NCBI RefSeq assembly: GCF_001564455.1
Contig: NZ_CP011391.1
Coordinates: forward strand, 270,001-302,000
Length of the DNA stretch: 32,000 bases
DNA from: Faecalibaculum rodentium
Lineage (GTDB): Bacteria > Bacillota_I > Bacilli_A > Erysipelotrichales > Erysipelotrichaceae
Direction of reading: 5' to 3'
The position numbers were made by a program, and so were the translations under genes. Positions 1 through 6,875 of this stretch are shown here, one piece after another (the stretch's first letter is position 1; every line of letters begins with the position of its first letter). Below the pieces are notes generated by a model. It was not told where the DNA came from and did no database searches. It worked only from the letters and a program-made list of their open reading frames with translations.

Positions 1-335
1 AACCCGGGCAGACACCGGGGAAGCGGATGATGGGCATTGCCATGGCCCGCAAGGACGGAAACCCCCTGGATCTGAAGACGCTTCTGCTTCGGCAGGTCAT
101 CGGGATCCTTCTGATGGAAGGGACGCTCTACAACGGATCCGGACTGCTCCAGGACATGCTCTCGCTGGGCACCGGCCTGAACTTTACCGGCATTCTGCTG
201 TATGTGACCCTCGCGCTCACGATTGTGAGCCTGCTGGCTGCCTTCATGGCTGGAAGCCGGCGCATGATCCACGATTACCTGGCTGGAACCGTGCTTGTTC
301 CTGTGGAAGAAGACCGGCCGGACCAGATGATCTGA
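1..335 (+). CDS. RDD-family membrane protein, C-terminal part (5' end outside window)
   Basis: The reading frame is open to the window edge. It has hydrophobic segments and a C-terminal 'RRMIHDYLAGTVLV', matching the R..HD.LAGT.VV ending typical of RDD-domain proteins. Confidence 0.55.
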   Translation, partial: PGQTPGKRMMGIAMARKDGNPLDLKTLLLRQVIGILLMEGTLYNGSGLLQDMLSLGTGLNFTGILLYVTLALTIVSLLAAFMAGSRRMIHDYLAGTVLVPVEEDRPDQMI

Positions 336-362
336 ATAGATAGAAAATAAGGAGAAAAAAGT

Positions 363-698
363 ATGGACAACCTTGAACTGATTTGTTTTCAGATGATTTC
401 CAACGCCGGCATGGCCAAGAGCACATTCGTGGAAGCCATGCAGGAAGCCGAAGCAGGCAACTTTGATGCTGCGCAGGCCAAGATCGAGGAAGGAAAGAAC
501 TTCCTGGTGACAGGTCACGGAGTACACGCCGGCCTGATTCAGAAGGAAGCCGCGGGAGAAAAGACGGACCTGACGCTGCTGCTCATGCACGCAGAAGACC
601 AGCTGCTGTCCTGCGAGACCCTGGAGATCATGGCTGAGCGTTTCCTCGCCCAGGCAAAGCGTCTGGCTGCCCTGGAAGCCGCTGCTTCCCAGCAGTAG
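363..698 (+). CDS. PTS EIIA component, lactose/cellobiose (Lac/Chb) family
   Basis: 111 aa with an AAGGAGA RBS about 7 nt upstream. The three-helix EIIA-Lac pattern is present, including 'LLLMHAEDQLL' (phospho-His region). Confidence 0.9.
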   Translation: MDNLELICFQMISNAGMAKSTFVEAMQEAEAGNFDAAQAKIEEGKNFLVTGHGVHAGLIQKEAAGEKTDLTLLLMHAEDQLLSCETLEIMAERFLAQAKRLAALEAAASQQ

Positions 699-791
699 GA
701 AAACGCTTCCGGTCACCGGCGGCTGTAGCCGCTTACAATGAGTTTGTCATCAGGGAACAGCCCTGAACAAATAGAAAAAAGGAGACACAAC

Positions 792-1118
792 ATGAAAAAA
801 ATCTACCTGTTCTGCTCTGCAGGCATGTCGACTTCCATGCTGGCCAACGCCATGCAGCAGAGTGCCGACAGTCACAACCTGCCGCTGTCTGTCAAGGCGT
901 TCCCGCACAACAAGCTGGGGGAGATCATTGACAACGACCGTCCGGACTGCATCCTGCTCGGCCCCCAGGTCAAGTACATGCTGAAGGAAACCGAAGACAA
1001 GTACGGCAAGGAAGGCATCCCCATCGCGGTGATCGATGCCGGTGACTACGGCATGATGAACGGTGAAAAGGTCCTGAAGTCCGCCATCGTTCTGATGAAG
1101 AAAGCAAAAAACAAGTAA
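792..1118 (+). CDS. PTS EIIB component, Lac/Chb family
   Basis: Start moved from the track ORF (738) to ATG 792, which follows an AAGGAGA RBS. 'KIYLFCSAGMSTSMLA' is the phospho-Cys loop of EIIB-Lac/Chb. Confidence 0.9.
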   Translation: MKKIYLFCSAGMSTSMLANAMQQSADSHNLPLSVKAFPHNKLGEIIDNDRPDCILLGPQVKYMLKETEDKYGKEGIPIAVIDAGDYGMMNGEKVLKSAIVLMKKAKNK

Positions 1119-1165
1119 GATTCCCCAGAGGAAAGCAATAAGAAAGAAAGAGAGAGTACCTATCT

Positions 1166-2575
1166 ATGATGGACAAACTTGAAAAAGTCCTGATGCCCAT
1201 GGCCTCCGCCATTGGTCGGAACAAGTTTCTGATCGCGATCCGTGACGGTTTCCTGGTATCAACCCCCCTTCTGATTGCAGGATCGATTTTCCTGCTGCTC
1301 GCCAACTTCCCGATCGAGGCATGGACCAACTTCGTTGAAAACTGCATGATCGGCGAATTCTCCCTGGCATCCCTGCTCTCCAAGTGCTCCGATGCGACAT
1401 TCTCCATCATGGCAGTGTTTGCCACCATGGGCATCGGCTACACCATGGCCCGTGAAGAAGGCTCCACTCCGATCTTCGGTGCTGCTGTTGCGCTGATGGC
1501 CTGGTTCATCCTGATGCCCTTCCAGTTCAACGCAAACATCTCCAGCCTGATGGATGCCACAGGGGCTGCTGTCAACATTCCCGAAGGCGCCAATGCCGTA
1601 GTCGGCGGTCTGCAGTTCGGCTGGCTGGGTTCCAAGGGTCTGTTCGTGGGCATCATTGCCGCAATCTGCTCCGTGGAACTGTACAGCTGGGTTGAGCGCA
1701 AGGGCTGGGTCATCAAAATGCCCGCCGGTGTTCCTCCCACGGTCGTTCAGTCCTTCTCCGCTCTGATTCCCGCAACGATCGTCATGACGACGTTCTTCCT
1801 GATCAACATGATTTTCGCTGCCTGCGGAACGAACGCCTTTGACTTCATCTTCAAGTTCCTGCAGACACCCCTGCTGGGTCTGGGTGACACACTGGGTGCC
1901 ATGGTTGTGGCTTACATCTTCCTGCACCTGTTCTGGTTCTTCGGCATCAACGGCGGATCTGTTGTCGGTGCGGTATTCAACCCCATCCTGCAGACTCTGG
2001 CTCTGGAAAACCTGGATCTCTACCGTGCAGTGGGTCCGGAAGGCTACACCGTTGCCAACGGCGCACACATCATTTCCCAGCAGTTCCAGGACCTGTTCGC
2101 CACCTTCGGCGGTGCCGGTTCCACGCTGTCTTTGCTGATTGCCATGCTGCTGTTCTGTAAATCCCGCCGGATCAAGGAACTGGGCAAGCTGTCTCTGGTT
2201 CCGGGTATCTTCGGCATCAACGAACCGATCATCTTCGGTCTGCCCGTTGTGCTGAACCCCATGATCCTGATCCCGTTCATTCTGGTTCCGACCATGAACA
2301 TCGTGCTGTCCTACCTGGCCATGGCCATGGGTCTGTTCCCTCCCTGCAACGGAATCAACATTCCCTGGACCATGCCGGTGGTATTCTCCGGATTCCTGTC
2401 CACCAACTGGATGGGTGCCCTGTTCCAGATTGGCCTGCTGATCCTCGGTGTATTCGTCTACCTGCCGTTCATCAAGATCATGGACAAGCAGTACCTGGAA
2501 GAAGAGCAGAAAGCTGCCGAAGCCGGCGAAGAAGAGGAAATCGACCTGGACGACCTGTCTCTGGACGACCTTTAA
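1166..2575 (+). CDS. PTS EIIC permease, Lac/Chb family, with acidic C-terminal tail
   Basis: 469 aa polytopic protein. 'NKFLIAIRDGF' and 'GINEPIIFGLPVVLNP' are typical EIIC-Lac/Chb motifs. The C-terminus is 'EEEQKAAEAGEEEEIDLDDLSLDDL'. Confidence 0.9.
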   Translation: MMDKLEKVLMPMASAIGRNKFLIAIRDGFLVSTPLLIAGSIFLLLANFPIEAWTNFVENCMIGEFSLASLLSKCSDATFSIMAVFATMGIGYTMAREEGSTPIFGAAVALMAWFILMPFQFNANISSLMDATGAAVNIPEGANAVVGGLQFGWLGSKGLFVGIIAAICSVELYSWVERKGWVIKMPAGVPPTVVQSFSALIPATIVMTTFFLINMIFAACGTNAFDFIFKFLQTPLLGLGDTLGAMVVAYIFLHLFWFFGINGGSVVGAVFNPILQTLALENLDLYRAVGPEGYTVANGAHIISQQFQDLFATFGGAGSTLSLLIAMLLFCKSRRIKELGKLSLVPGIFGINEPIIFGLPVVLNPMILIPFILVPTMNIVLSYLAMAMGLFPPCNGINIPWTMPVVFSGFLSTNWMGALFQIGLLILGVFVYLPFIKIMDKQYLEEEQKAAEAGEEEEIDLDDLSLDDL

Positions 2576-2579
2576 TAGG

Positions 2580-2637
2580 CTGTGTATGGCCGTGTCAGAA
2601 TGATTCCCGGCGGGAATCATTCTGCACCGCCATACAG
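2580..2637 (+). other. Long imperfect palindrome (about 26 bp of stem) directly after the EIIC stop
   Basis: The core CAGAATGATTCCCG/CGGGAATCATTCTG (14 bp, perfect) is extended by GTG/CAC and CTGTATGGC/GCCATACAG with small bulges. No U-tract follows. Confidence 0.7.
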
Positions 2638-2721
2638 ATCACCCAATGCTGCCTGGACTGATAACAATCAGAAACGGGCAGACATGACAAGCGGCTTCGA
2701 GGCTGCATGACAGTCTGAACG

Positions 2722-2758
2722 CAGAAGCCGGTCTGGTCAAAAGGACCGGCTTCTGTTT
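2722..2758 (+). terminator. Rho-independent terminator downstream of the PTS EIIC gene
   Basis: CAGAAGCCGGTC-loop-GACCGGCTTCTG is a 12-bp perfect stem followed by TTT. Confidence 0.6.
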
Positions 2759-2797
2759 ACAGACAACGGTTTGAAACCCTGCAAAAGGAGATTGACA

Positions 2798-3319
2798 ATG
2801 AAACGAATCATGATGGTTTACGACCAGATCCAGGCCGGTGCCGGCACCAAAGACGACAAGATGGTCCCCCTGAAGGCCACGAAGGAAGTGGTTGGCCCCG
2901 CGGTGATGATGGACCGGTTCCTGAAGAAAAATGACGAAAAAGTCATTGCCTGCGTATACTGCGGCAACGGCACCTACAACGAAAACCCGGATGAAATCAT
3001 CCGCAAGATCACGGCTCTGGCCGCGAAGCTGAAGGCGGATGCCGTGATCTGCGGTCCGTGCTTCAACTACGCGGACTACGCTGCCATGGCTGCTGCCACG
3101 GCAGACAGCATCACAAAGCACGGCATTCCGGCCGTTGCCTGCATGTCGAAGGAAAACACCGACACGATCAGTGCCTGGAAAGACAAAGTGGCAATCGTGA
3201 AGGGCCCGAAAAAGGGCGAAACAGGACTGAACGAAGCCCTGGAAAACCTGTGTGTCCTGACCAGCCAGATGGCAGACGGCAAGGACACCAAAGAACTGGA
3301 AGCCCGGATCTGCTACTAA
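2798..3319 (+). CDS. Small protein resembling the N-terminal domain of glycine/sarcosine/betaine reductase component B (GrdB-like), function unknown
   Basis: Start set at ATG 2798 after an AAAGGAG RBS. 'VYDQIQAGAGTKDD...VVGPA...CGNGTYNENPDE...ADAVICGPCFNYADYAAMAAA...GIPAVAC' parallels the GrdB N-terminus as I recall it ('HYINQFFAGIGGEEKAD..GPG..CGD.YFNEN..PDL.IAGPAFNAGRYG.ACG..GIPA'). The gene ends at TAA, and the Sec-containing C-terminal part of GrdB is absent. Confidence 0.5.
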   Translation: MKRIMMVYDQIQAGAGTKDDKMVPLKATKEVVGPAVMMDRFLKKNDEKVIACVYCGNGTYNENPDEIIRKITALAAKLKADAVICGPCFNYADYAAMAAATADSITKHGIPAVACMSKENTDTISAWKDKVAIVKGPKKGETGLNEALENLCVLTSQMADGKDTKELEARICY

Positions 3320-3398
3320 GCGGTCCGGCCGCGACCGGATGCGGATTCCCGGTGGCCGGCTGTCGCCACGGGGTTTCGAAACAGCGAGACAGTCAAAC

Positions 3399-3424
3399 AG
3401 AGAGCGAAAGCTCTCTTCTCTTTT
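3399..3424 (+). terminator. Terminator-like hairpin after the GrdB-like gene
   Basis: AGAGAGC-GAAA-GCTCTCT followed by TCTCTTTT. Confidence 0.5.
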
Positions 3425-3528
3425 GACAGAAACGGGTGTGTGCACCCGATGAGATAGATGTGCAGCTGCCCAAACGGCAGCTCAATGAGGAACAAGCGGT
3501 CTCAGGGACCGGGAAAGGACAAACGATT

Positions 3529-4488
3529 ATGTACGGAATCATTGCAACCTGGCGCATGGCGCTGGAAGGAATCACGGAAGCCGAACACATGCTCAAGGAT
3601 GGGGCCACTGCCTCCGATGCCATTGAAATGGCCATCCGCGCGGTGGAAGACTTCGAATACTACAAGAGCGTCGGCTACGGAGGACTGCCCAACGAAGACA
3701 TGGAAGTGGAACTGGACGCTGCCTGGATGGACGGCGATGACCTGTCCATCGGCGCTGTGGCATCCATCAAGGATTTTGCCAACCCGGTCTCCATTGCCCG
3801 TCTGCTCTCCAGGGAACCCGTCAACAACATGCTCGTTGGCGCCGGTGCGGAGAAGTATGCCCACAAGATGGGCTTCGAGCGCAAGAACATGCTGACTGAA
3901 CGTGCGAAAATCCACTACCACAACCGGAAGAAGGAAGTCCAGGAACTGGAGCTGAAGCCCTATTCCGGTCACGACACCGTCGGTATGGTGGACCTGGACT
4001 CCCAGGGTTCCATGGTGGCTGCCACCAGCACATCCGGTCTGTTCATGAAGCGTGCCGGCCGTGTGGGTGATTCGCCGATCTCCGGATCCGGCTTCTATGT
4101 GGATTCTGCCATCGGCGGTGCCACAGCCACGGGTCTGGGCGAAGACCTGATGAAGGGCTGCCTGTCCTATGAAATCGTGCGTCTGATGGGCGAAGGCCTG
4201 CACCCGCAGGAAGCCTGCGAGAAAGCCGTGCAGGATTTCGACAAAGTGCTGAAGGCGCGCCGGGGCAAAGCCGGTGATCTGTCTCTGGTGGCCATGAACA
4301 ACAAAGGCGAATGGGGCTGTGCCACAAACATCGAAGGATTCTCCTTTGCGGTGGCAACGGAAACACAGGAACCCACGGTCTTCCTGGTGAAGTTCGACGA
4401 GAACGGCAGGCAGTATTTCGAAAAAGCCAGCGATGAGTGGATGGACAACTACATGAAGACCCGCACTGCACCGCTGGTCCGGAAATAA
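3529..4488 (+). CDS. Ntn-hydrolase of the glycosylasparaginase (aspartylglucosaminidase)/isoaspartyl peptidase family, cytoplasmic
   Basis: Start at ATG 3529; the track ORF begins at an upstream GTG. 'SGHDTVGMV' is the autoprocessing site, with nucleophile Thr150 at codon 3976-3978. 'AATSTSG', 'GRVGDSPISGSGFYVD' and 'ATATGLGEDLM' closely parallel human and flavobacterial AGA. No signal peptide is present. Confidence 0.8.
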   Translation: MYGIIATWRMALEGITEAEHMLKDGATASDAIEMAIRAVEDFEYYKSVGYGGLPNEDMEVELDAAWMDGDDLSIGAVASIKDFANPVSIARLLSREPVNNMLVGAGAEKYAHKMGFERKNMLTERAKIHYHNRKKEVQELELKPYSGHDTVGMVDLDSQGSMVAATSTSGLFMKRAGRVGDSPISGSGFYVDSAIGGATATGLGEDLMKGCLSYEIVRLMGEGLHPQEACEKAVQDFDKVLKARRGKAGDLSLVAMNNKGEWGCATNIEGFSFAVATETQEPTVFLVKFDENGRQYFEKASDEWMDNYMKTRTAPLVRK

Positions 4489-4502
4489 GACAGGGGCACA
4501 TC

Positions 4503-5609
4503 ATGAACAAGGAATGTGCATCGGCCCTGCTCAAACAGGCGCAGGCACAGAAACAGCCGCTGCTGACAGGACTCTTCGAGATCCTTTCCATCAACAGCGA
4601 ACGGGGCGAAGCCGAAGCCGGTGCTCCCTATGGTCCCGGCCCCCGCAAGGCCCTGGAAGAAACCATGAAGCTGGCCGAGTCCCTGGGATTTTCCACGGAA
4701 ACGGTGCTCGATCAGGTGGGGATCGCGAAGTATGAACCGGAGGGCACCGAAGGAAAACCCTATATCGGCGTGGTGGGTCACCTGGACGTGGTTTGCGCCG
4801 AAGGCGAATGGACAACCCCGCCGTATGAACCCGCGATCCGGGACAACCGGATCTATGCCAGGGGTGCCCTGGACAACAAAGGACCTGTGCTCGCCTGCCT
4901 GTATGCCCTGAAGGCCGTCCGGGACAGCGGCATGAAGCTGAACCGCCCTGTGTGGATCATCTTCGGAACCAGCGAAGAAACAGGCATGGAGGATATCCCG
5001 GCGTACCTGACCGTCAAGGAACCCCCGGTGGCGGGATTCACCCCCGACTGCAAGTACCCGGTGGTGTATGCCGAACGCGGCCGGTCGGTTTACGAACTGA
5101 CCTTTGCGGATGAAGCCCAGGCCGCTGCCTGGTGCGAAGTGCATCCCGATGAAGCCAGCCTGAAGCTGGATATCCGGGATCCGGAATTCGGCATCCTCCA
5201 GCTGCGCAACCGCAAACAGAACGGAAACACCGTGACGTTTGCCGCCAGCTATCCCCCTGCCACGGATGCAGAACGCATTCTGGCGATCCTGGAAGAGAGC
5301 CTGCCGGAAGGAGCCGGGACAGCCCTGGTTTCCGACTGGAAGCCGGTGTTCTTCAGAAAGGACGGCCCGCTCTGCGCCTCCCTGCAGTGGGCGTACGAAA
5401 CCGTCACCGGTCTGGATGGTACCCCCGTTACGACCACCGGCGGCACCTATGCCAAGCGCATGCCCAACATTGTGCCCTTTGGACCGAGTTTCCCGGGCCA
5501 GAAAGGCATTGCCCACCTGCCGGATGAATGGATGGACGTGGATGATCTCATGAAGAACCTCGAGATCTACACCCTGGCCATTGCGGATCTGGCGACACGC
5601 GAACTGTGA
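4503..5609 (+). CDS. M20-family dipeptidase (PepV/Sapep-like)
   Basis: Start at ATG 4503, 12 nt after the preceding stop. 'VVGHLDVV', 'ARGALDNKGP' and 'GTSEETGMEDI' are metal-ligand and catalytic motifs of M20A dipeptidases. Confidence 0.8.
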   Translation: MNKECASALLKQAQAQKQPLLTGLFEILSINSERGEAEAGAPYGPGPRKALEETMKLAESLGFSTETVLDQVGIAKYEPEGTEGKPYIGVVGHLDVVCAEGEWTTPPYEPAIRDNRIYARGALDNKGPVLACLYALKAVRDSGMKLNRPVWIIFGTSEETGMEDIPAYLTVKEPPVAGFTPDCKYPVVYAERGRSVYELTFADEAQAAAWCEVHPDEASLKLDIRDPEFGILQLRNRKQNGNTVTFAASYPPATDAERILAILEESLPEGAGTALVSDWKPVFFRKDGPLCASLQWAYETVTGLDGTPVTTTGGTYAKRMPNIVPFGPSFPGQKGIAHLPDEWMDVDDLMKNLEIYTLAIADLATREL

Positions 5610-5616
5610 GGGAATC

Positions 5617-6381
5617 ATGAACAGAGACATCAAAATTGAAGTCTGCGCCGGCGGCTATGCCGACTGCGTTGCAGCAAAACAGGGCGGTGCCGACCGTGTG
5701 GAACTCAACGGTGCCTTTGCCCTGGGGGGACTGACACCGACTGTGCCGGTCCTGAAAAAAGTAAAGCGGGACACCGGGCTGGAAGTCATTGCCATGGTGC
5801 GTCCGCGCGCCGGAGGGTTCTGCTACGACGCCGATGAGAAGGAAATCATGTTCGCCGAAGCCAAGAACCTTCTGGAAAACGGTGCCGATGGTCTGGCCTT
5901 CGGGTTCCTGAATGCCGATGGCGGCATCGACCTGGAGAACACTCGAAAGATGGTGGAGCTCATTCACCGGTACAGGGGAATAGCAGTGTTCCACCGTGCG
6001 ATTGACGTGACACCGGACATCGATGCAGCGATCCAGATGCTCATGGACCTGGGCATGGACCGTGTGCTGACCAGCGGGCAGAAGGCAAAAGCCCTGAACG
6101 GGGTGGATGTGATCGCTGAGCTCCAGGAAAAGTACGGTGACCGGATCCAGATCCTGCCGGGCAGCGGCATCAATGCCGGCAATGCGGCAGAGATCCTGGA
6201 AAAGACGGGCGTGAACCAGCTGCATGCTTCGTGCCGTGGCTATCGCCCTGATCCCACGACCATGGGCGAAGACGTGAGTTATGCCTACCTGCCGGCTCCT
6301 CATGAAGGCGACTACGATGTGGCCGATGAAGAGGCGGTATGCTCGTTACGACGGGCAGCGGATACGGCTGCAGCAGCGTAA
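5617..6381 (+). CDS. cutC: CutC-family protein (TIM-barrel, annotated copper homeostasis protein)
   Basis: Start at ATG 5617, 8 nt after the M20 stop. 'IEVCAGGYADCVAAKQGGADRVELN..GGLTP', 'MVRPRAGGFCY', 'FHRAID' and 'RVLTSGQ' match CutC family hallmarks. Confidence 0.85.
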   Translation: MNRDIKIEVCAGGYADCVAAKQGGADRVELNGAFALGGLTPTVPVLKKVKRDTGLEVIAMVRPRAGGFCYDADEKEIMFAEAKNLLENGADGLAFGFLNADGGIDLENTRKMVELIHRYRGIAVFHRAIDVTPDIDAAIQMLMDLGMDRVLTSGQKAKALNGVDVIAELQEKYGDRIQILPGSGINAGNAAEILEKTGVNQLHASCRGYRPDPTTMGEDVSYAYLPAPHEGDYDVADEEAVCSLRRAADTAAAA

Positions 6382-6389
6382 CCTGGCCA

Positions 6390-6663
6390 CCGAACCGGCC
6401 ACTGAGCTGTGCAGACCCTGGGTCTGCGACAGTTCAGACGCCGGTTCGTTCAGAGAGAGCCAGACGCAGGACAGAGATACGTCTGGTGAAGGGGCTGTTG
6501 TCGAAGCGGTAATACACAGATAACTCCCGGAGAGCGGTTCAGAGATGAAGCAGTTCTCCGGGAGTTTGCATTTCCATGCATGCATGAACCCTGATTGTAC
6601 CGCTCATCCAGTCACATAGCTGCATCAGATCTTTGGACTGACGCAGCTCAGTGGCTGGATCGG
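6390..6663 (+). repeat. 20-bp imperfect inverted repeats (12-bp perfect core) bracketing a 234-bp hairpin-rich non-coding segment
   Basis: CCGAACCGGCCACTGAGCTG (6390-6409) faces CAGCTCAGTGGCTGGATCGG (6644-6663). As plus-strand RNA, 19 of 20 positions pair, counting one G-U. Confidence 0.6.
6522..6575 (+). terminator. Stem-loop followed by a U-rich tract, candidate cutC terminator
   Basis: CTCCCGGAGA (6524-6533) pairs with TCTCCGGGAG (6555-6564). The stem is extended by AA/TT and followed by TTTGCATTT. Confidence 0.45.
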
Positions 6664-6768
6664 AGCAGATCCTCCTGCCCGAGGCAGAGGGAGCACATCT
6701 TGAAAACGGTGTTGCTCGCCTGAGGAAGCACCGGTGGAAGCCACGAGAAAATCCTGCATCCATATAAC

Positions 6769-6798
6769 AAAAAAGCGGCATATACTGTCCGCTTTTTT
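6769..6798. terminator. Bidirectional rho-independent terminator
   Basis: AAAAAAGCGGCA-loop-TGTCCGCTTTTTT has an A-run and a T-run flanking a GC stem. It lies between the cutC region (+) and the XRE gene (-). Confidence 0.75.
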
Positions 6799-6875
6799 CT
6801 ATATTTATCGAATGGAATCAAAAACACTCGTACGATGGGCGAATATCGGGTGTTTCTATGCATGTACCGCTCCAG

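Noticed and set aside
738-791. N-terminal extensions of track ORFs: 738, 2771, 3436, 4437, 5581, 8204, 12360, 13964, 19503, 26045, 28258 and 31265.
   Set aside because: In each case an internal ATG or GTG is preceded by a good Shine-Dalgarno and coincides with the start of family homology. The upstream parts overlap the preceding gene or intergenic hairpins, or begin at non-ATG codons.
1259-2620. Very long antisense ORFs mirroring real genes: 1259-2620, 4449-5633, 6858-7925, 21270-22985, 24573-26165, 26541-28091 and 30126-31271.
   Set aside because: Each lies exactly opposite a gene with strong family motifs. Their products are low-complexity and rich in R/G/H/Q/V, with no recognisable domains and no RBS. 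This is typical of shadow ORFs on the antisense strand of GC3-rich coding sequence.
2640-2721. Possible RAT (BglG/LicT antiterminator target) upstream of the 2722-2758 terminator, e.g. GGACTGATAACAATCAG....
   Set aside because: The resemblance to the RAT consensus is only vague, it does not overlap the terminator stem as required, and no PRD-antiterminator gene is in the window.
2798-3319. Possible selenoprotein (GrdB relatives use UGA-Sec).
   Set aside because: The gene ends in TAA, there is no in-frame TGA, and no homologous continuation lies downstream. The Sec-bearing region of GrdB is simply absent.
6575-6586. Self-complementary (CATG)3 tract.
   Set aside because: It is short and sits inside the larger structured element. 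It could arise by chance, and I cannot attach a function to it. It is also part of the speculative sORF.
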